A stretch of DNA of 63,917 nucleotides, filler included, from Octopus bimaculoides (GCF_001194135.2; 8 parts of 8 records of this genome joined end to end with filler, not necessarily neighbours in it); one strand, 5' to 3'. Positions 11,914 through 26,225 are shown, numbered from the whole stretch's first letter. Numbers and translations: made by a program. Notes: generated by a model from the sequence alone, not told the origin.

Positions 11914-13216
11914 TGAAATTGATGTTTCTGTATTTTGCAAAGGCAATAAGTGATTTCCATGAGTGAAGTAGAAATATTGTGTAAATTATTGAAGTAGTTT
12001 TCAAGTGGGGTCACAGTTCTTATTAGAAGATTAATATACTTAATCAGCAAAATTTTAGTATTTACTAGCAAATGTTATTGAGGGAAAAAAATTCTTATAA
12101 CTTCTGGTTAAAAATCTGTGTTCCCACTTTGAATGTTTATTTGACCTACAGGTTTGGAATATGATTTGGTTTAATTTTATAGGTATGTTTAAAATACCAG
12201 TGATTTCTTGCAATAAACATCTCAGTTTAGTATGAAAAAGAAATGCATGTTTTTTTGTTGTTTTTTTTTCAAGAATATTAGTGAAAAAGTTCTGAATTTT
12301 TCTTCTGGTGGTAAAGTAATTATTTTGTAAACGCACAAAAATAAGGGCCTACAGTTATATTTATCCTTTCAGGAATTTGTAAGATCAATACAGCCAGTGC
12401 TTAGATCCATAAAATATATTGTGAATGCCTAAGGTGTCAATCACAAAAAAGAAGTACGCTCTATTTCTTTTTACTATATATGCTCCTGTAAATATTTGTC
12501 TTGATATTTTGAAGGTACGATATTTAGCATTGCTTTCCTAATGTGAAATAAATCTCTTCTTGGACACAATACTGGTCCATCTCAAACAGCATTCGTAGTT
12601 GCTCTGATGCTTGTTTTAAAAACTAGGTCAATTTAAGCTTACCATTTTAAAACTCATGAACCTATGCTACAGTTATTGTCAAATTCACTTTTGTAGTATT
12701 CTTAAGAAAGCATAAATACCATATTTTCTTATCCTGTAAATATGAAACCTGTTGGCTATATAAGTTGTTAATCTCTCTTAAAATAACATTAAAGAAATAT
12801 GAAACAAAAAGGAAAAAACAACAAAGCAATATATGCTGATATAATCAAATTTATTTCTCTAATGAATTAAAACAAATTTGTCATTGTTTAATTATGATGT
12901 AGTTATTCAAGCTGTTTGTTTCTTTTGCAAATTAATGTGCAAGCACTTTAACACTTCATTTTTCTCAATTTCCATTTGTTGATGGAAAGAAATTGGCAGG
13001 CTGAAAGACAAAAATAATGGATTTAGTTTAAATTTTGTTTAAATACGTAGAATTGCTATAGTTAAAAAGGAAAAGTGATAAATTAGTGGAAGACCATCAT
13101 TAAAAAAATCTAAATTTTTGGGTTCTGTGGAAACAAGTGATGAAGTAACAACAAAGAGAGAAATATATTCCCCCAGGTTTTGGCATCGAAAGGCTGCCAC
13201 GAGGTTTTTTTAGGTG

Positions 13217-13368
13217 CAGGAATGGCTGTGTGGGAAGAAGATCACTTCCCAAATACATGGTTCTGGGTTCAGTCCCACTGTGTGGCACCTTAGGCTAGTG
13301 TCTTCTACTTTAGCTTCAGACCAATCAAAGCCTTGTGAATGGATTTGATAGAGGGGAAACTGAAAGAA
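13217..13368 (+). mobile_element. tRNA-derived SINE family B, head
   Basis: Diverged copy of gcaggagtggctgtgtggtaag...ggttcagtcccactgcgtggcaccttgggcaag...ggaaactgaaagaa. Confidence 0.8.
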
Positions 13369-13614
13369 TATCTATCAGAGTTGTTTGATAAACTCTAGAG
13401 AGGAGAGAAATTTAGACAAAACACTCCTGATCCCAAACAATGGATGAATGTCCGAAAATTGTAAAACTTCAGCACTACTGCACAGAGAATCACTGTAACC
13501 TGAGTTGAATTTCTTTTATTAAAACAAAACTCAAGGCTCTTTGTAAATTTTCAACTTTTCTGGAATGATGACTAAGTACCAAAATGGACAATACAGACAT
13601 TCTACACTTGGACC

Positions 13615-13657
<43 letters not shown>

Positions 13658-14229
13658 ATACACACTAACACACAAGATATATATGTGTGTGTATGTGTGC
13701 AAATGTACACATTGATCACTCTACATAGCTCACCATTAGACCCTTGAAATCAGATATAGATAGAATTGACAAAAACCACTAGGGAGGATAATTCCAGTGA
13801 TTACCGAAATATGTTGACTTCGAATAATAGCAATGTACTGGCAGAATCAGCTGCTGGTTTGAAAACCTCTATAATAAGGATAGTACTTCTTTTGTGCAAT
13901 GAGGGAGATTACTACTACCATCTGCTTCCTCAATTTTACTAAACAAGACCATTATTTTTGCTGCGAAAGTTGAAGGACAGCAAATGACAAGACAAAGGCA
14001 ATGAACAGGCAGAGAACGAACAACACTAGAAGTTAGTTTACGGCAAGCAACTAACCACACTTTATCTGCTGCTGCGATACCAAGAACACAAACTCTCTGG
14101 ACATTTTGTCATTCGCAGTAGCGAAAATATAATTTCTTCTATACGAAAAGAATAAACTGTTGTTTATCAAAATCTCAACAAACTCCAGTGTTTCTTTCTG
14201 TACAAATATAATCAAGGATAAGAGACACT

Positions 14230-14585
14230 ATTCTTTTAGCTAGGAGAACGTTTATCTCTTTCCAGAGGATCTAGGGTGGTTGAGGTTGACATCAAGTAGT
14301 GGTAATCTGAATCTACTTAAGTTGTTGATCTGATGAGTTGATCTTCGAAATAAACTACCAGAGGGCTTTCTGAACTTCTAGGTTGACTGCATAGAGAGGA
14401 TGCCATCCTGACCGTCTCCGAATATTCTCAGGACTGCAAAAATGTTTCCGCTCATTCTTTAAGCATTTATCGATCTCCTTTGAAATTGTAATAAAATAGT
14501 CAACTTTTTAGATATGTGACTAAACCTAGACTTCAAACTGTACTAACCTACCACAAACCAAATGAGACTATTCGGTATGTCCTTA
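14230..14585 (+). mobile_element. Penelope-like reverse transcriptase fragment (pseudogenised)
   Basis: Remnants YREDAIL (cf. YRDD), VNFLDM*LNL and YHKPNETIRYV follow the order of Penelope RT motifs. Confidence 0.6.
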
Positions 14586-15126
14586 GATTAGTTAGAAATA
14601 TATTAATTATAATTTCTAATATTAGGATGTTGGGTTGCACAGAATTAAAAGAGTTGTTATGAAAACCTATTTAACATAGATAGCACAGCAAAATGAAAAA
14701 CGAGAAGGGAAGCAGGTTAATGTTTACGTCTTGACTCGGAAATGAAAATCCAAAGAAAATACTGGAATGGGTGTAAAACAATGTATAGGAAATGAATATG
14801 AAAAAAAAAATGCGCGCAAAGCAACGGGAGGGTGGGGGAAAGGACTTCGGAAAATTCACAAGATCCAAATTTTTATAACTGCATATATGTGTGAGTGTGT
14901 ATATATATGTATATGTGTGTATATATATACACACACACACACACAAATATATATATATACATATATATATNNNNNNNNNNNNNNNNNNNNNNNNNNNNNN
15001 NNNNNNNNNNNNNNNNNNNNNNNNNNNNNNNNNNNNNNTATATATATGGGAGAATTCACGAAAAAACAACAGACGAAAACAGGTGGTGTAAACAACAAAT
15101 GGATGTATTAGTATAACGCTTAGTAT

Positions 15127-15202
<76 letters not shown>

Positions 15203-15227
15203 CAGACAGACAGACAGAGAGACAGAC

Positions 15228-15262
<35 letters not shown>

Positions 15263-15910
15263 GAGTGTGTGTAATAACGAGTGAATGAGAGTAACGACGA
15301 AGGGTTAAAAAGCGTTAAAATAATTGAAAATGAAATAAAATGGAAGCCAAAACATTAAAAATTATAGAAAGTGGGAAGAAATAAAGACTACGTAGTGTAG
15401 TGGTACTACGCTAGGGTATCTGTAGAAAGTTGAATGTGATTTCGAAATATAATGAGAAAAAATTCGGATCTTGGAAATTTTCCGAAAGTTTCCCCCCACC
15501 TCCAAATCGGGAAATATGACAATAAAAATTCCCTAAAAGGTAAGATATGCTTGTTTATTGGCCACACAGGGCTGAACACAGAGGGGACAAAATACAAAGT
15601 AGAGCTTTTCTTTTTGAGAAGAAGAAAAAAAAGGGGTGGTAGAATTTCGATCAAAACGGATCGTGAAGAAAAAAAAAAGAAATAGGCCGATCAATAGGGA
15701 TCGTGTATCGCAGAGATGTCATAATGTAAAAGGGGAAACAGATTAGATTTATCCGTGGAAAGAAAAGCGTACGGAAAAGACCACGGTAAATTTGGGCAAT
15801 GATATTATGCAAAAAAAACACATTACAATAAGTGACTCTCTTTTTTTTTCCTTTTTTTTTTTTTGGTTCATAGGATTATGCTCAAGCTGGCTCCGTCATT
15901 CACACGTGCC

Positions 15911-16010
15911 NNNNNNNNNNNNNNNNNNNNNNNNNNNNNNNNNNNNNNNNNNNNTTAATTAATTAANNNNNNNNNNNNNNNNNNNNNNNNNNNNNNNNNN
16001 NNNNNNNNNN
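15911..16010. other. Assembly linker N44-TTAATTAATTAA-N44 (first of seven)
   Basis: The identical 100-bp block also surrounds 28755, 35871, 46810, 53823, 55965 and 62489. The palindromic 12-mer gives stop codons in all six frames. Confidence 0.95.
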
Positions 16011-16063
<53 letters not shown>

Positions 16064-17369
16064 ATATATATGTGTGTGTGTGTGTTTTTGTTTATATATG
16101 TAGGTTGTATAAGTTGATGTTTTTTTACATCTGTATATATATATATGTGTATATATGTGTGAGAAAGAATAAGTTCATGTAGAACAATTCAAACTTTTGG
16201 GGGAGTTCAAAAAGAATTATTTCTAATAAATATTCATATATCAAAATGATAGCCTGCTAAAGCAACCAATTAAAATATGAAAATAACAAGTAAAAAGTTC
16301 ATTATAGACATGTGTCTTATATAAAACACTACTAACAATTATGAAAATGGAGAAGAGATGTTAAAAGTTCAAATGGCAATATAAACATGTAAGAAAAAAC
16401 ATTAATTATAATAATAATAATTAAAATAGTTATGTATTACCATTCCCATCAGTGTAAAAAATTAAAGGAAAGCATCAAAATAGGTATTACCAAAAAAGTT
16501 TAGAAGGATATGTGTTTGCGACTAAGTGACGTGATGAAGATTCACTCCCGAACTGAAATAGGCTACCGGCCTCTGTATCATGAATGGTTATGTGGACTAT
16601 TCCTAACAAAAGCCAGAGTTTCCTTTGACCACTACATAAAAACTATTAAGAAAAAATGTTATTTAGATATACTTTTATTTTAGTTGTTTATACTATTTTA
16701 TATTTGTTTATACTCTTATACATTCAAAGTTCACAAATTTCCTTATTTAAATTATGAATCATATTTCCTTTCGATAATATCAATATAATTGCAAAACTTC
16801 TTTGTAGATGATATTTTCTGTTTGGTTAACACTCATTTTCACATTACTGGAGTCCGTTTCTCTACTCATAGTGACGTATAAATGGCTGTGTGTAAACATT
16901 GGCGTGGGTAAAAATATACTTACACGATTTAAAGTCTAGCCCTGTGCCTTGTTTTCTGTGAATGCGCGAGAGGAATCTTTAAGGTTGCAAAAAATTAAAG
17001 TACAACTTACCTCTCATTGGTCTATACGAATAATGTCTGGATGTTCTGGTACCATGGGTTATTTTGATCAACAAAACTGAGATGTAAACAACAGCCACTT
17101 CAATTAGCCGTTTTGAATCCTGCTCGAGACTGACACACTTCAATAACCACTAAATAGCCACACACTTTATATACTGACACACACTTTTCTCACTTTATTT
17201 TTGCTATCAACCATCCTTGCAACCCCCTTCATATCTACGATGGGGGCCACAAACAATACACTGAAAATTTAGAGTTATACATGGTCAATGAATTTTAAAT
17301 AAAAATGCAAAGGTGTTTTATCAATTCAAAAATCAGTATCCATGAAGTAAGCATACTTTCTGGTTTTGT

Positions 17370-17812
17370 AATGCTAAAAACCTTCCTGACAACCATATTT
17401 GTAATCCTGAAAAATATCATAACCATTGGTCCAGCTGTCTGGCTGTGAAGAGGGAACAAACAAAGAGACCAATAGGCAGGCGGACATAATAGCAAATCTG
17501 CCCATCTACGATGGGAAATAAAGAGATAGCATTGAAAATCTAAACCCTCTAAATTCATGAACTATATGGGCGGGGGGAGAATCCAGAGTTAATCCTTGTC
17601 GCCGGAATTTTAAGAAAAGAAATCAAAGGGGATTTATTAATACAAAACTCAATATCCACTAAATAATAATACTTTTTCACATTTTTTTTCTCTAAAATCT
17701 TTCCTGATTACCTCTTTCATAATCCCGAAAGGCATCATGACCATTGGTCCAGCTGTTTGACTGAAAAGAAGTAACAGACAGACAAATGGACATAATGCCC
17801 ATTATAGTAAGA
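17370..17812 (+). mobile_element. Two related Helentron/DINE-like non-autonomous fragments
   Basis: cttcctga...atcataaccattggtccagctgt...acaaac/acagacag...gcccat occurs at about 17375-17510 and 17695-17812. The second copy ends in tatagtaagat. The classification is recalled, not verified. Confidence 0.5.
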
Positions 17813-17901
17813 TGTTGCTTGTTGTTATATATGCTGTAGAAAACTTTTTAAATAAAAAGATTTGGATGTGAATAAATCTCCACTCTCCTTTTCATTTTCA
17901 G

Positions 17902-17945
<44 letters not shown>

Positions 17946-18781
17946 NNNNNNNNNNNNNNNNNNNNNNNNNNNNNNNNNNNNNNNNNNNNNNNNNNNNNNN
18001 NNNNNNNNNNNNNNNNNNNNNNNNNNNNNNNNNNNNNNNNNNNNNNNNNNNNNNNNNNNNNNNNNNNNNNNNNNNNNNNNNNNNNNNNNNNNNNNNNNNN
18101 NNNNNNNNNNNNNNNNNNNNNNNNNNNNNNNNNNNNNNNNNNNNNNNNNNNNNNNNNNNNNNNNNNNNNNNNNNNNNNNNNNNNNNNNNNNNNNNNNNNN
18201 NNNNNNNNNNNNNNNNNNNNNNNNNNNNNNNNNNNNNNNNNNNNNNNNNNNNNNNNNNNNNNNNNNNNNNNNNNNNNNNNNNNNNNNNNNNNNNNNNNNN
18301 NNNNNNNNNNNNNNNNNNNNNNNNNNNNNNNNNNNNNNNNNNNNNNNNNNNNNNNNNNNNNNNNNNNNNNNNNNNNNNNNNNNNNNNNNNNNNNNNNNNN
18401 NNNNNNNNNNNNNNNNNNNNNNNNNNNNNNNNNNNNNNNNNNNNNNNNNNNNNNNNNNNNNNNNNNNNNNNNNNNNNNNNNNNNNNNNNNNNNNNNNNNN
18501 NNNNNNNNNNNNNNNNNNNNNNNNNNNNNNNNNNNNNNNNNNNNNNNNNNNNNNNNNNNNNNNNNNNNNNNNNNNNNNNNNNNNNNNNNNNNNNNNNNNN
18601 NNNNNNNNNNNNNNNNNNNNNNNNNNNNNNNNNNNNNNNNNNNNNNNNNNNNNNNNNNNNNNNNNCAGTCGTCGAATTTAACTCGATTTCGATTTCACTT
18701 GCCTCAACAGGTCTTTGCAAGTGGAGTTTAGTGTCCAACTTAACTCGATTTCAATTTCACTTGCCTCAACAGGTCTTCGCA

Positions 18782-21700
18782 AGTGGAGTTTGAGGCCATA
18801 GATTTAGGTCTCACTTGGCTTGCCGGGTCTTCTCACGCACAGCATATTTCCAAAGGTCTTGGTCAGAAGTCATCGCCTCGGTGAGGCCCAATGTTCGAAG
18901 GTCGTGCCTCGCCACCTCATCCCAGGTCTTCCTGGGCCTACCTCTTCCGCAGGTTCCCTCAACTGCTAAGGTGTAGCACTTTTTCACACAGCTATCCTCA
19001 TCCATCCTCGTTACATGACCATACCAGCGCAATCATCTCTCTTGTACACCACAACTGATGCTTCGTAAGTTCAACTTTTCTCTCAAGGTATTTATACTCT
19101 GTCTAGTATGCACACTGACATTACACATCCATTGGAGCATACTGGCTTCATTCCTTGCGAGCCTACGCATGTCCTCAGCAGTCATGGCCCATGTTTCACT
19201 GCCATGAAGCATGGCTGTTTGTACACATGCGTCATACAATGAGAGACCCTTTGTCGCCAGCAGAGGTAAGAGCTCTCTGAACTTTGCTCAGGCTATTCTA
19301 ATTCTAGCTGCTACGCTTTCAGCGCACCCACCTGGACTGCTAATTTGGTCACCAAGATAGCGGAAGCTATCAACCACTTCTAGTTTTTCTTCCTGGAATG
19401 TGGCAGAAGTTGTTTTCTGCACATTCACAGTATTTATAGCTCCGGAACATCTGCTACATACAAAAACTAACTTCCTAGTTAACCTTCCTTTGATATTGCT
19501 GCACCTCTTATGTGTCCATAGCTTGCACTTGGTGCATCTTATAGAGTTACTACCCACTCCTTTTCTACAGATCAAGCAGGGCCATCTACCCGAAGGGGTT
19601 TGTGTTTTGTCTGCCTTCCTACTTCTTAGGACTTTGGTTTTAGCTAGGTCGACTCTAAGGTCCTTCGATTCTAGTCCTTGCTTTTACACCTGAAACTTCT
19701 CTAGTTCTGATAGTGACTCAGCAATTAGTGCAAGGTCATCAGCATAGAGGAGCTCCCAGGGGCATCCTGTCTTGAATTCCTCTGTTATAGCCTGGAGGAC
19801 TATGATAAATAGGAGGAGGCTGAGGACAGAACCTTGGTGGACCCCTACTTCCACCCGGAATTCTTCACTGTACTCATTGCCAACCCTCACCTTACTGACA
19901 GCGTCTCTGTACATGGCTCGCACAGCTCTCACTAACCATTCTTCTATCCCTAGTTTCCTCATTGACCACCTGATGAGAGATCGGGGGACCCTGTCAAAGG
20001 CTTTCTCCATATCAACAAAAGNNNNNNNNNNNNNNNNNNNNNNNNNNNNNNNNNNNNNNNNNNNNNNNNNNNNNNNNNNNNNNNNNNNNNNNNNNNNNNN
20101 NNNNNNNNNNNNNNNNNNNNNNNNNNNNNNNNNNNNNNNNNNNNNNNNNNNNNNNNNNNNNNNNNNNNNNNNNNNNNNNNNNNNNNNNNNNNNNNNNNNN
20201 NNNNNNNNNNNNNNNNNNNNNNNNNNNNNNNNNNNNNNNNNNNNNNNNNNNNNNNNNNNNNNNNNNNNNNNNNNNNNNNNNNNNNNNNNNNNNNNNNNNN
20301 NNNNNNNNNNNNNNNNNNNNNNNNNNNNNNNNNNNNNNNNNNNNNNNNNNNNNNNNNNNNNNNNNNNNNNNNNNNNNNNNNNNNNNNNNNNNNNNNNNNN
20401 NNNNNNNNNNNNNNNNNNNNNNNNNNNNNNNNNNNNNNNNNNNNNNNNNNNNNNNNNNNNNNNNNNNNNNNNNNNNNNNNNNNNNNNNNNNNNNNNNNNN
20501 NNNNNNNNNNNNNNNNNNNNNNNNNNNNNNNNNNNNNNNNNNNNNNNNNNNNNNNNNNNNNNNNNNNNNNNNNNNNNNNNNNNNNNNNNNNNNNNNNNNN
20601 NNNNNNNNNNNNNNNNNNNNNNNNNNNNCGGCAGACTCTCTTTCTCCCATTCATTCTCTTTATTAAGCAATCTATCATAGTGGCATCTCCAGACCTCTTT
20701 CTTTGCAGCCTCATTTAGTGCAAGCGTACCATCATCGATGCGGACACATTTCTCTCCTACGATGTCAATATTCTCTCTCCTACACTGTCTTGCAACACAA
20801 AATACCTCAAGTCTTTGGTCCTCACGGCGCAGAACATTGGCAAATCTTTTCTTATCTGCTTCCCCTCTGGCTAAATAAACCTGTCGCCTAGCTTCCCTTC
20901 TGGCATATTGGTACAGTTCCCTGCTACCACCGTTCTTCCAGTCGTTCCAAGCCTGTTTCTTTTGTCTAATAACCCTGTCTACCTCCTTGTTCCACCACCA
21001 CGTTATTTTCGGTCGAGAAGAGACTTTACCCCAGCCACAGATCTGGTCGGTGGCTCTCAGCAGGTTGTTCCGCAGAAATTTCCAATTGTCTTCCACATTG
21101 TATGACGCTATATCCCCTTCTATTTTGTCAAGAGCTTCAAGTAACTTGTCTCTAAGTCTCTGTCCATTTGCAGGGTCTGTAAGCTTCCACACCCTTCTCT
21201 TCCAAGCCGGTCTACTTCTGGGCACCCATTTTGCCTTGATCCCTACTAACTACTAATCTATGTTGTGGGGTACATTCTTTGCCAGGGAAGATTTTGGCAT
21301 TTATAAGCTGCCTTCTTTCCCTATTTCTGGCGAGGATGTAGTTGATTTGGCTAGAGTGTCTGCCAGATCTGTAGGTGACTAGGTGACAGGCAGGTTTCCT
21401 GAAGTTGGTATTGCAGACCATAAGATCGGTTGCATCACAGAACTCCAGCAGTCTGGTTCCCTCCTCGTTGCTGGAACCGAAGCCATAGCCTCCATGTATG
21501 CCATGGAAGCCTCCAGCACGACGTCCGACATGACCATTAAAGTCTCCAGCCACAAAGAGAAGGTCCCTGTCACTCGTCAACGAGGTAGTTTGCAAGAGGG
21601 TGTCATAGAATTGGTCTTTCAGCCCATCCGAGAGCCCCGGTTGAGTAGCTAATCTATGATGAAGCACTAGTCTAATCTTAAGTACTCTGTCACATGCTCT

Positions 21701-22150
21701 AACTACCTCGATTACCTTATCAATACATTTCTCTGCTAGAAGTATTCCTACGCTCCTGACCCCGTCAGTGTTCCCTGCCCAGAAAATCTTGTACCTGTGT
21801 TCTTTGCCTGTGAGGAACCTCGCAGAACCTCCTCTCCATGGTACTTCCTGGANNNNNNNNNNTCTTGTACCTGTGTTCTTTGCCTGTGAGGAACCTCGCA
21901 GAACCTCCTCTCCATGGTACTTCCTGGATGCAGCACAGATCTACGCGTCGCCGTTCAAGCATCTCAACAATCTCACCAGTCCTACCTTTCAGTGTGTCAA
22001 CGTTGAGAGTGCCAATCCTGACCCTGGGATGGGGGAAAGCAGTGTCGTGTACCTGAAAAGAAAGCTTGCATTTGGCAGAATTCATAAAACAAAACAATAC
22101 CTACAACCTTCATATACTACCCAATCTTTATGCGCTATAAGGTCGATAAG
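18782..22150 (-). mobile_element. Near full-length RTE-clade LINE (AP endonuclease + RT), gapped and frameshifted
   Basis: APE motifs IGTLNV...DLCCIQE...AGDFNGHVG...TPQHRLVV; RT motifs FVDMEKAFDRVP...VGVHQGSVLS...LLYADDLALIAE; C-terminal HGSETW...MRWYGHV...RGRPRKTW. The 3' region has a 62-bp tandem duplication at about 18678-18790. Confidence 0.95.
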
Positions 22151-22754
22151 AGGGGAGGGAAGTTATAAGGTCACNNNNNNNNNNNNNNNNNNNNNNNNNN
22201 NNNNNNNNNNNNNNNNNNNNNNNNNNNNNNNNNNNNNNNNNNNNNNNNNNNNNNNNNNNNNNNNNNNNNNNNNNNNNNNNNNNNNNNNNNNNNNNNNNNN
22301 NNNNNNNNNNNNNNNNNNNNNNNNNNNNNNNNNNNNNNNNNNNNNNNNNNNNNNNNNNNNNNNNNNNNNNNNNNNNNNNNNNNNNNNNAGACACAGCAGT
22401 ATTTAAACCGTGAGATTAAATGCTTAAATCGGTAACAGAAATGAGAGTTAAATCGTAATTTTTAAAGGGAGGACAGACAAAATTTCAGGCAGGTTTGGGA
22501 TAAAGAGCATAACTTCAAGAAGGTGGGAGGGAAGGCGATAACTTGGGTGAGGTAGAGGAAGGAAATACACAAATAGTCATGAATTTAAATCGGTAACAGA
22601 AATGAGAGTTAAATCGTAATTTTTAAAGGGAGGGATAACTTGGGTGAGGTAGAGGACAGAAATACATAAATAATCATGAATTTAAGACAGTACAGAGATA
22701 TGGAAGAGAAGAAATGTATAGATAGAGAAACGNNNNNNNNNNNNNNNNNNNNNN

Positions 22755-22808
<54 letters not shown>

Positions 22809-22869
22809 CATACATTAGATTAGATAATATACAGTTTGGTTTTGCACTACTGATACTATTTTCATAGAT

Positions 22870-23240
22870 CCCTGCAAGAGAAGTATTTAGCTAAGAATAA
22901 ACCATTGTACTTGGAATTTGCCAATCAGGAGAAAGCTTTCAACAGATTATCTCACTCTGCGATATGGTAGTCTCTGAGAAAGCTAGGTATAGATGAAAGG
23001 GCTTTAAAAGCAATACAGACCATAACAGAGGAATTTAAGACTGGAAACCCATGGGAACTACTATATGCTGATGATCTTGCTTTCATAGCAGAATCTGCAA
23101 CATAACTAGAAAAGAAACTTGGAAGGGCCTTAAAATTAACATAGGAAAGACCAAGGTCCTAGTTAGGAAGAAAATAGACAGGACCCTAATCCCTTCAGGA
23201 AGATGGCCTGCTCAATATGTAGGAAGGGTGTAAGCAGAAA
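22870..23240 (+). mobile_element. Internally deleted RT fragment of the same RTE family
   Basis: EKAFNR...LRKLGIDE...TEEFKTGNPWELLYADDLAFIAES parallels the copy at 19684-20020. Confidence 0.8.
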
Positions 23241-23349
23241 TTCTACAGCAAGACTCATCTCTGTTTCTCTATATCTTTAATCTCTCAACTGGCACAAACC
23301 ACTTTCCACTCAATACTCCTCCTCATTCCCAGCTGAGTGTTTTTTATTT

Positions 23350-23595
23350 TGCAAGGTACTTAGTGGCTCTGTTGGTGCTGGTTCCACATAAAAAAACACT
23401 GGTGCTAGTGCCATGTAAAAAACACCCAGTACACTCTTTAAAGTGGTTGGCATTAGGGAAGGCATCTAGATATAGAAACCACACCAAAACAGACAGTGAA
23501 ACCTGGTGCACCTCTTCGCCTTGCCAACTCCCATTAAATCCCACTCATGTCAGCATGGAAAACAGGTGTTGAATGATGGTGATGATGACGATGAT
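23350..23595 (+). mobile_element. Repeat with (GAT)n tail, putative LINE 3'-end/SINE tail family
   Basis: ggtgctagtgccatgtaaaaaacacccagtacactc...agggaaggcatc...catgtcagcatggaaaac...gatgatg. The family recurs at about 35345-35797 (+), 40685-40853, 58850-58990, 59190-59430 and 59700-60015 (-). Confidence 0.75.
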
Positions 23596-23914
23596 ACATA
23601 GATTCAGTATCATTTTAGCAATATTCCAGCATTGCTAAAATATGTATAAATTAGTTTGCTGAATGAACCCTTATTTCACATAATATCTATCCCTCATTGA
23701 ATGTGTTCCTGTAATTTCATTAGCATATCATATTTGAAACAAAGCACAAATACATAAACAACATATTTAAATTAGCCAAAATAGAGTAAAATCTATTTGC
23801 CAACGTAAAGTGGCAGTCCTGATTAGGACAACGTTACTACCTTTTTTAGCCCAGGAAAACATGGCCTTGGCCTTCCTTGGGGCAGGTGAAGAGGGGTATT
23901 TCAACTGTGTAGAT

Positions 23915-24633
23915 TATCTCTGTCTCTGACTTAAAGTGATGAACCCCACCACTCATCCTTGGTTAGGAAATGTTCAAGGAAACCAGCTGGATTTGCCTGA
24001 GTCAATGTCAGATTTTCCTATGTTGTGATTAGCCTGATGTGCTTTTAATCAGGTGTCAGAAGACATGGCAACCACTGAGCAGAAATCTTCATCATGCCAA
24101 GTTCATTGTGCAGAATATTCTCAGTTCTCTCATGGGATATGTTAATAGCATTGGCTATTTGATTTATAGTCAATCACCTGTCATCAATCACCATGTAATG
24201 AACACAATCAATCACCATGTAATGAACACAATCAATGTTTTCCTCAGGGGCAGCAGTTGCAGGGCATCCAGATGTTGGGTCATCTCCCAAATTCTCCCTT
24301 CCCCTCTGAAATTCAGCTACTTTCTTTTGCACTGTTGATAAAGCTAGTGTCATCCCCTAATGTAGCAACTATGTCAGCATGAATGTCCTTGGAGACTAAA
24401 CCCTTTTTCTGAAAGTACATGATAACACCACAATGCCAAGTGTTGTCGATTTTCAAGAGAAGTCACTACTAGTCACTTTTAAAGTGCTCTTTAAACAGTC
24501 AGATGTCAGTTTAGCTGGAAAGAAACAACAATGCAGTTATTCACAAGAAGAGTTGAAATTAATGCATGCAACATTTCACAGCTCTCACATCACTCTTTCA
24601 TAGTCATCCTATCAACTTTTCAGCCCACCCTCA
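23915..24633 (-). mobile_element. Mariner transposon 5' part (TIR + N-terminal transposase), decayed
   Basis: TIR gagggtgggctgaaaagtt, then GVIMYFQKKGL...IHADIVATLGDD...TINQIANAINISHER.ENILHNELGM.K.SA.W...TKDEWWVHHF (first catalytic Asp region). Confidence 0.85.
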
Positions 24634-24635
24634 TA

Positions 24636-25200
24636 CAAGGTACATTCCAGAAGTTTTGATACTTTTAAGTTGAGACACTTATAACTGCCCTAGATTATTG
24701 TAATTTTTGTACACCATTATTAAACATCTAATAATCTGACCTGCCAACTTTTGTTAGTCTGGATTGAAGGCTGTGGCTGTAACAGCCTACTAAAGACTGC
24801 TTGTTACAACTGACTAGTTTTCAGAATACAGTTGGGATGTGAAGACATTTTGGAAGCTTGTTATGTCAAAATTTTGTGTTAAACTGGGCAAAAATGATAC
24901 AGAAACTTATGAAATGCTCCAGACTGCTTATGGACTAACTTGTATGAACTGAGCATCCGTTTTTTTGCTGATACAGGAAGCCAAGCAAAGCAAGTCTACC
25001 AGGAAGTTCATGATGATCCCCTTTTTCAGCCACAAGGGCATCATCCACTGAGTTCCTGCTGGTCAGCCAGTCAACAAAGAGTACTTTGTAGAAAAGGTCA
25101 GGGTATGTGCACCAGGACAATTTATCAGTTCACATTTCCATTCTGGTAACAACCTACTTGACAGAGATGAACATCAAAACTGTCCTTCACACTGATTTCC
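24636..25200 (+). mobile_element. Second mariner family, internally deleted remnant
   Basis: KFCVKLGKNDTETYEMLQTAYG (HTH) and FFSHKGIIH*VPAGQPVNKEYFVE. Confidence 0.75.
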
Positions 25201-26225
25201 AGAAAATGATTCTAATTTTGAATAATGCTTGGAGGTTAAAAGTTCTCTCGTGTTAATGCTGAATCATCATATGAAAAAATTTGTTTACACTTACGTATGC
25301 TTAAATTACATTTACACCTCTTTCTCTCCTACTACCATCATTCCTTTCTGTTTCTTCCTCATTCTTTGTATTATTTGACTAAACTTTTGTCATTACTCTT
25401 GGATATATAAGCTACAATTCTAGTATTTTGATGTGATTGGTGGATTTGCTTGTATCGAAAAGCTATGATATTAAAGAAATATAGAGAGATAATCTTATTT
25501 ATTCTTCACCTGTTTCCACAACTCATCACAAGTTAAAAAGTATGACTCTTTCTTTCAGAAACAGCTTGATGTATTGGGGAACAGTCAACGGTGTTGAAGA
25601 GCATAAGGGTTAAAGCTGTAGTTGAGAGATGTTAGCTGACATAGAGGACAGGAAGCCATCTGAATATTGGAAAAGATGGCTATGTGAAGTTGCTGGAGAC
25701 TGTGATCAATCTCTGGTTGAGAGGGTTGCTGCTGGAAGGCTATATGTATTGCCATTACCTCCAGAATGAACCATAGTGGTTGTCAGAATTTCTATAACTT
25801 CACCAGCCCCAATTTCTGGCATCCAAATTCCCATGATTGTAATCCCATGGTGTACAGTGAAAAATGTATATGCCAGGTTCTGGAGCTGTCTTGAGGTCAT
25901 GATTGAAGCTGTTATCTTACAACCATAATCTGGTTGATGTTTTTGTGTTTTCTTACCCTGTAAAAGAAGCTTAAACTAATGGTGGTTCTGCTTAGATTGT
26001 TAAGTTCCATGTTGGATATTACACCAATCAATCTCTGTGGACATATTAGGCTCAGGTGGTCCATTGCTTATATAAATATATTAAAACTGATTTTAGAGAA
26101 AGATTAATATCTTGCTGGAATGTGTGAGAGAAGGAAAGTTTTAAATAATGGTGCTTTGTAAATTACACATATAAATAACTTTTGTGCTAACATACAATCA
26201 AATGCTTCATGTAACATGTTCTTCA

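Noticed and set aside
14330-14350. CTGATGAG...CGAAA hammerhead-like string
   Set aside because: Helix II is unsupported and the string lies inside a decayed RT coding fragment; probably chance.
21790-21930. About 60-bp tandem duplication within the RTE endonuclease
   Set aside because: The copies are identical and separated by 10 Ns, which indicates overlapping contig ends.
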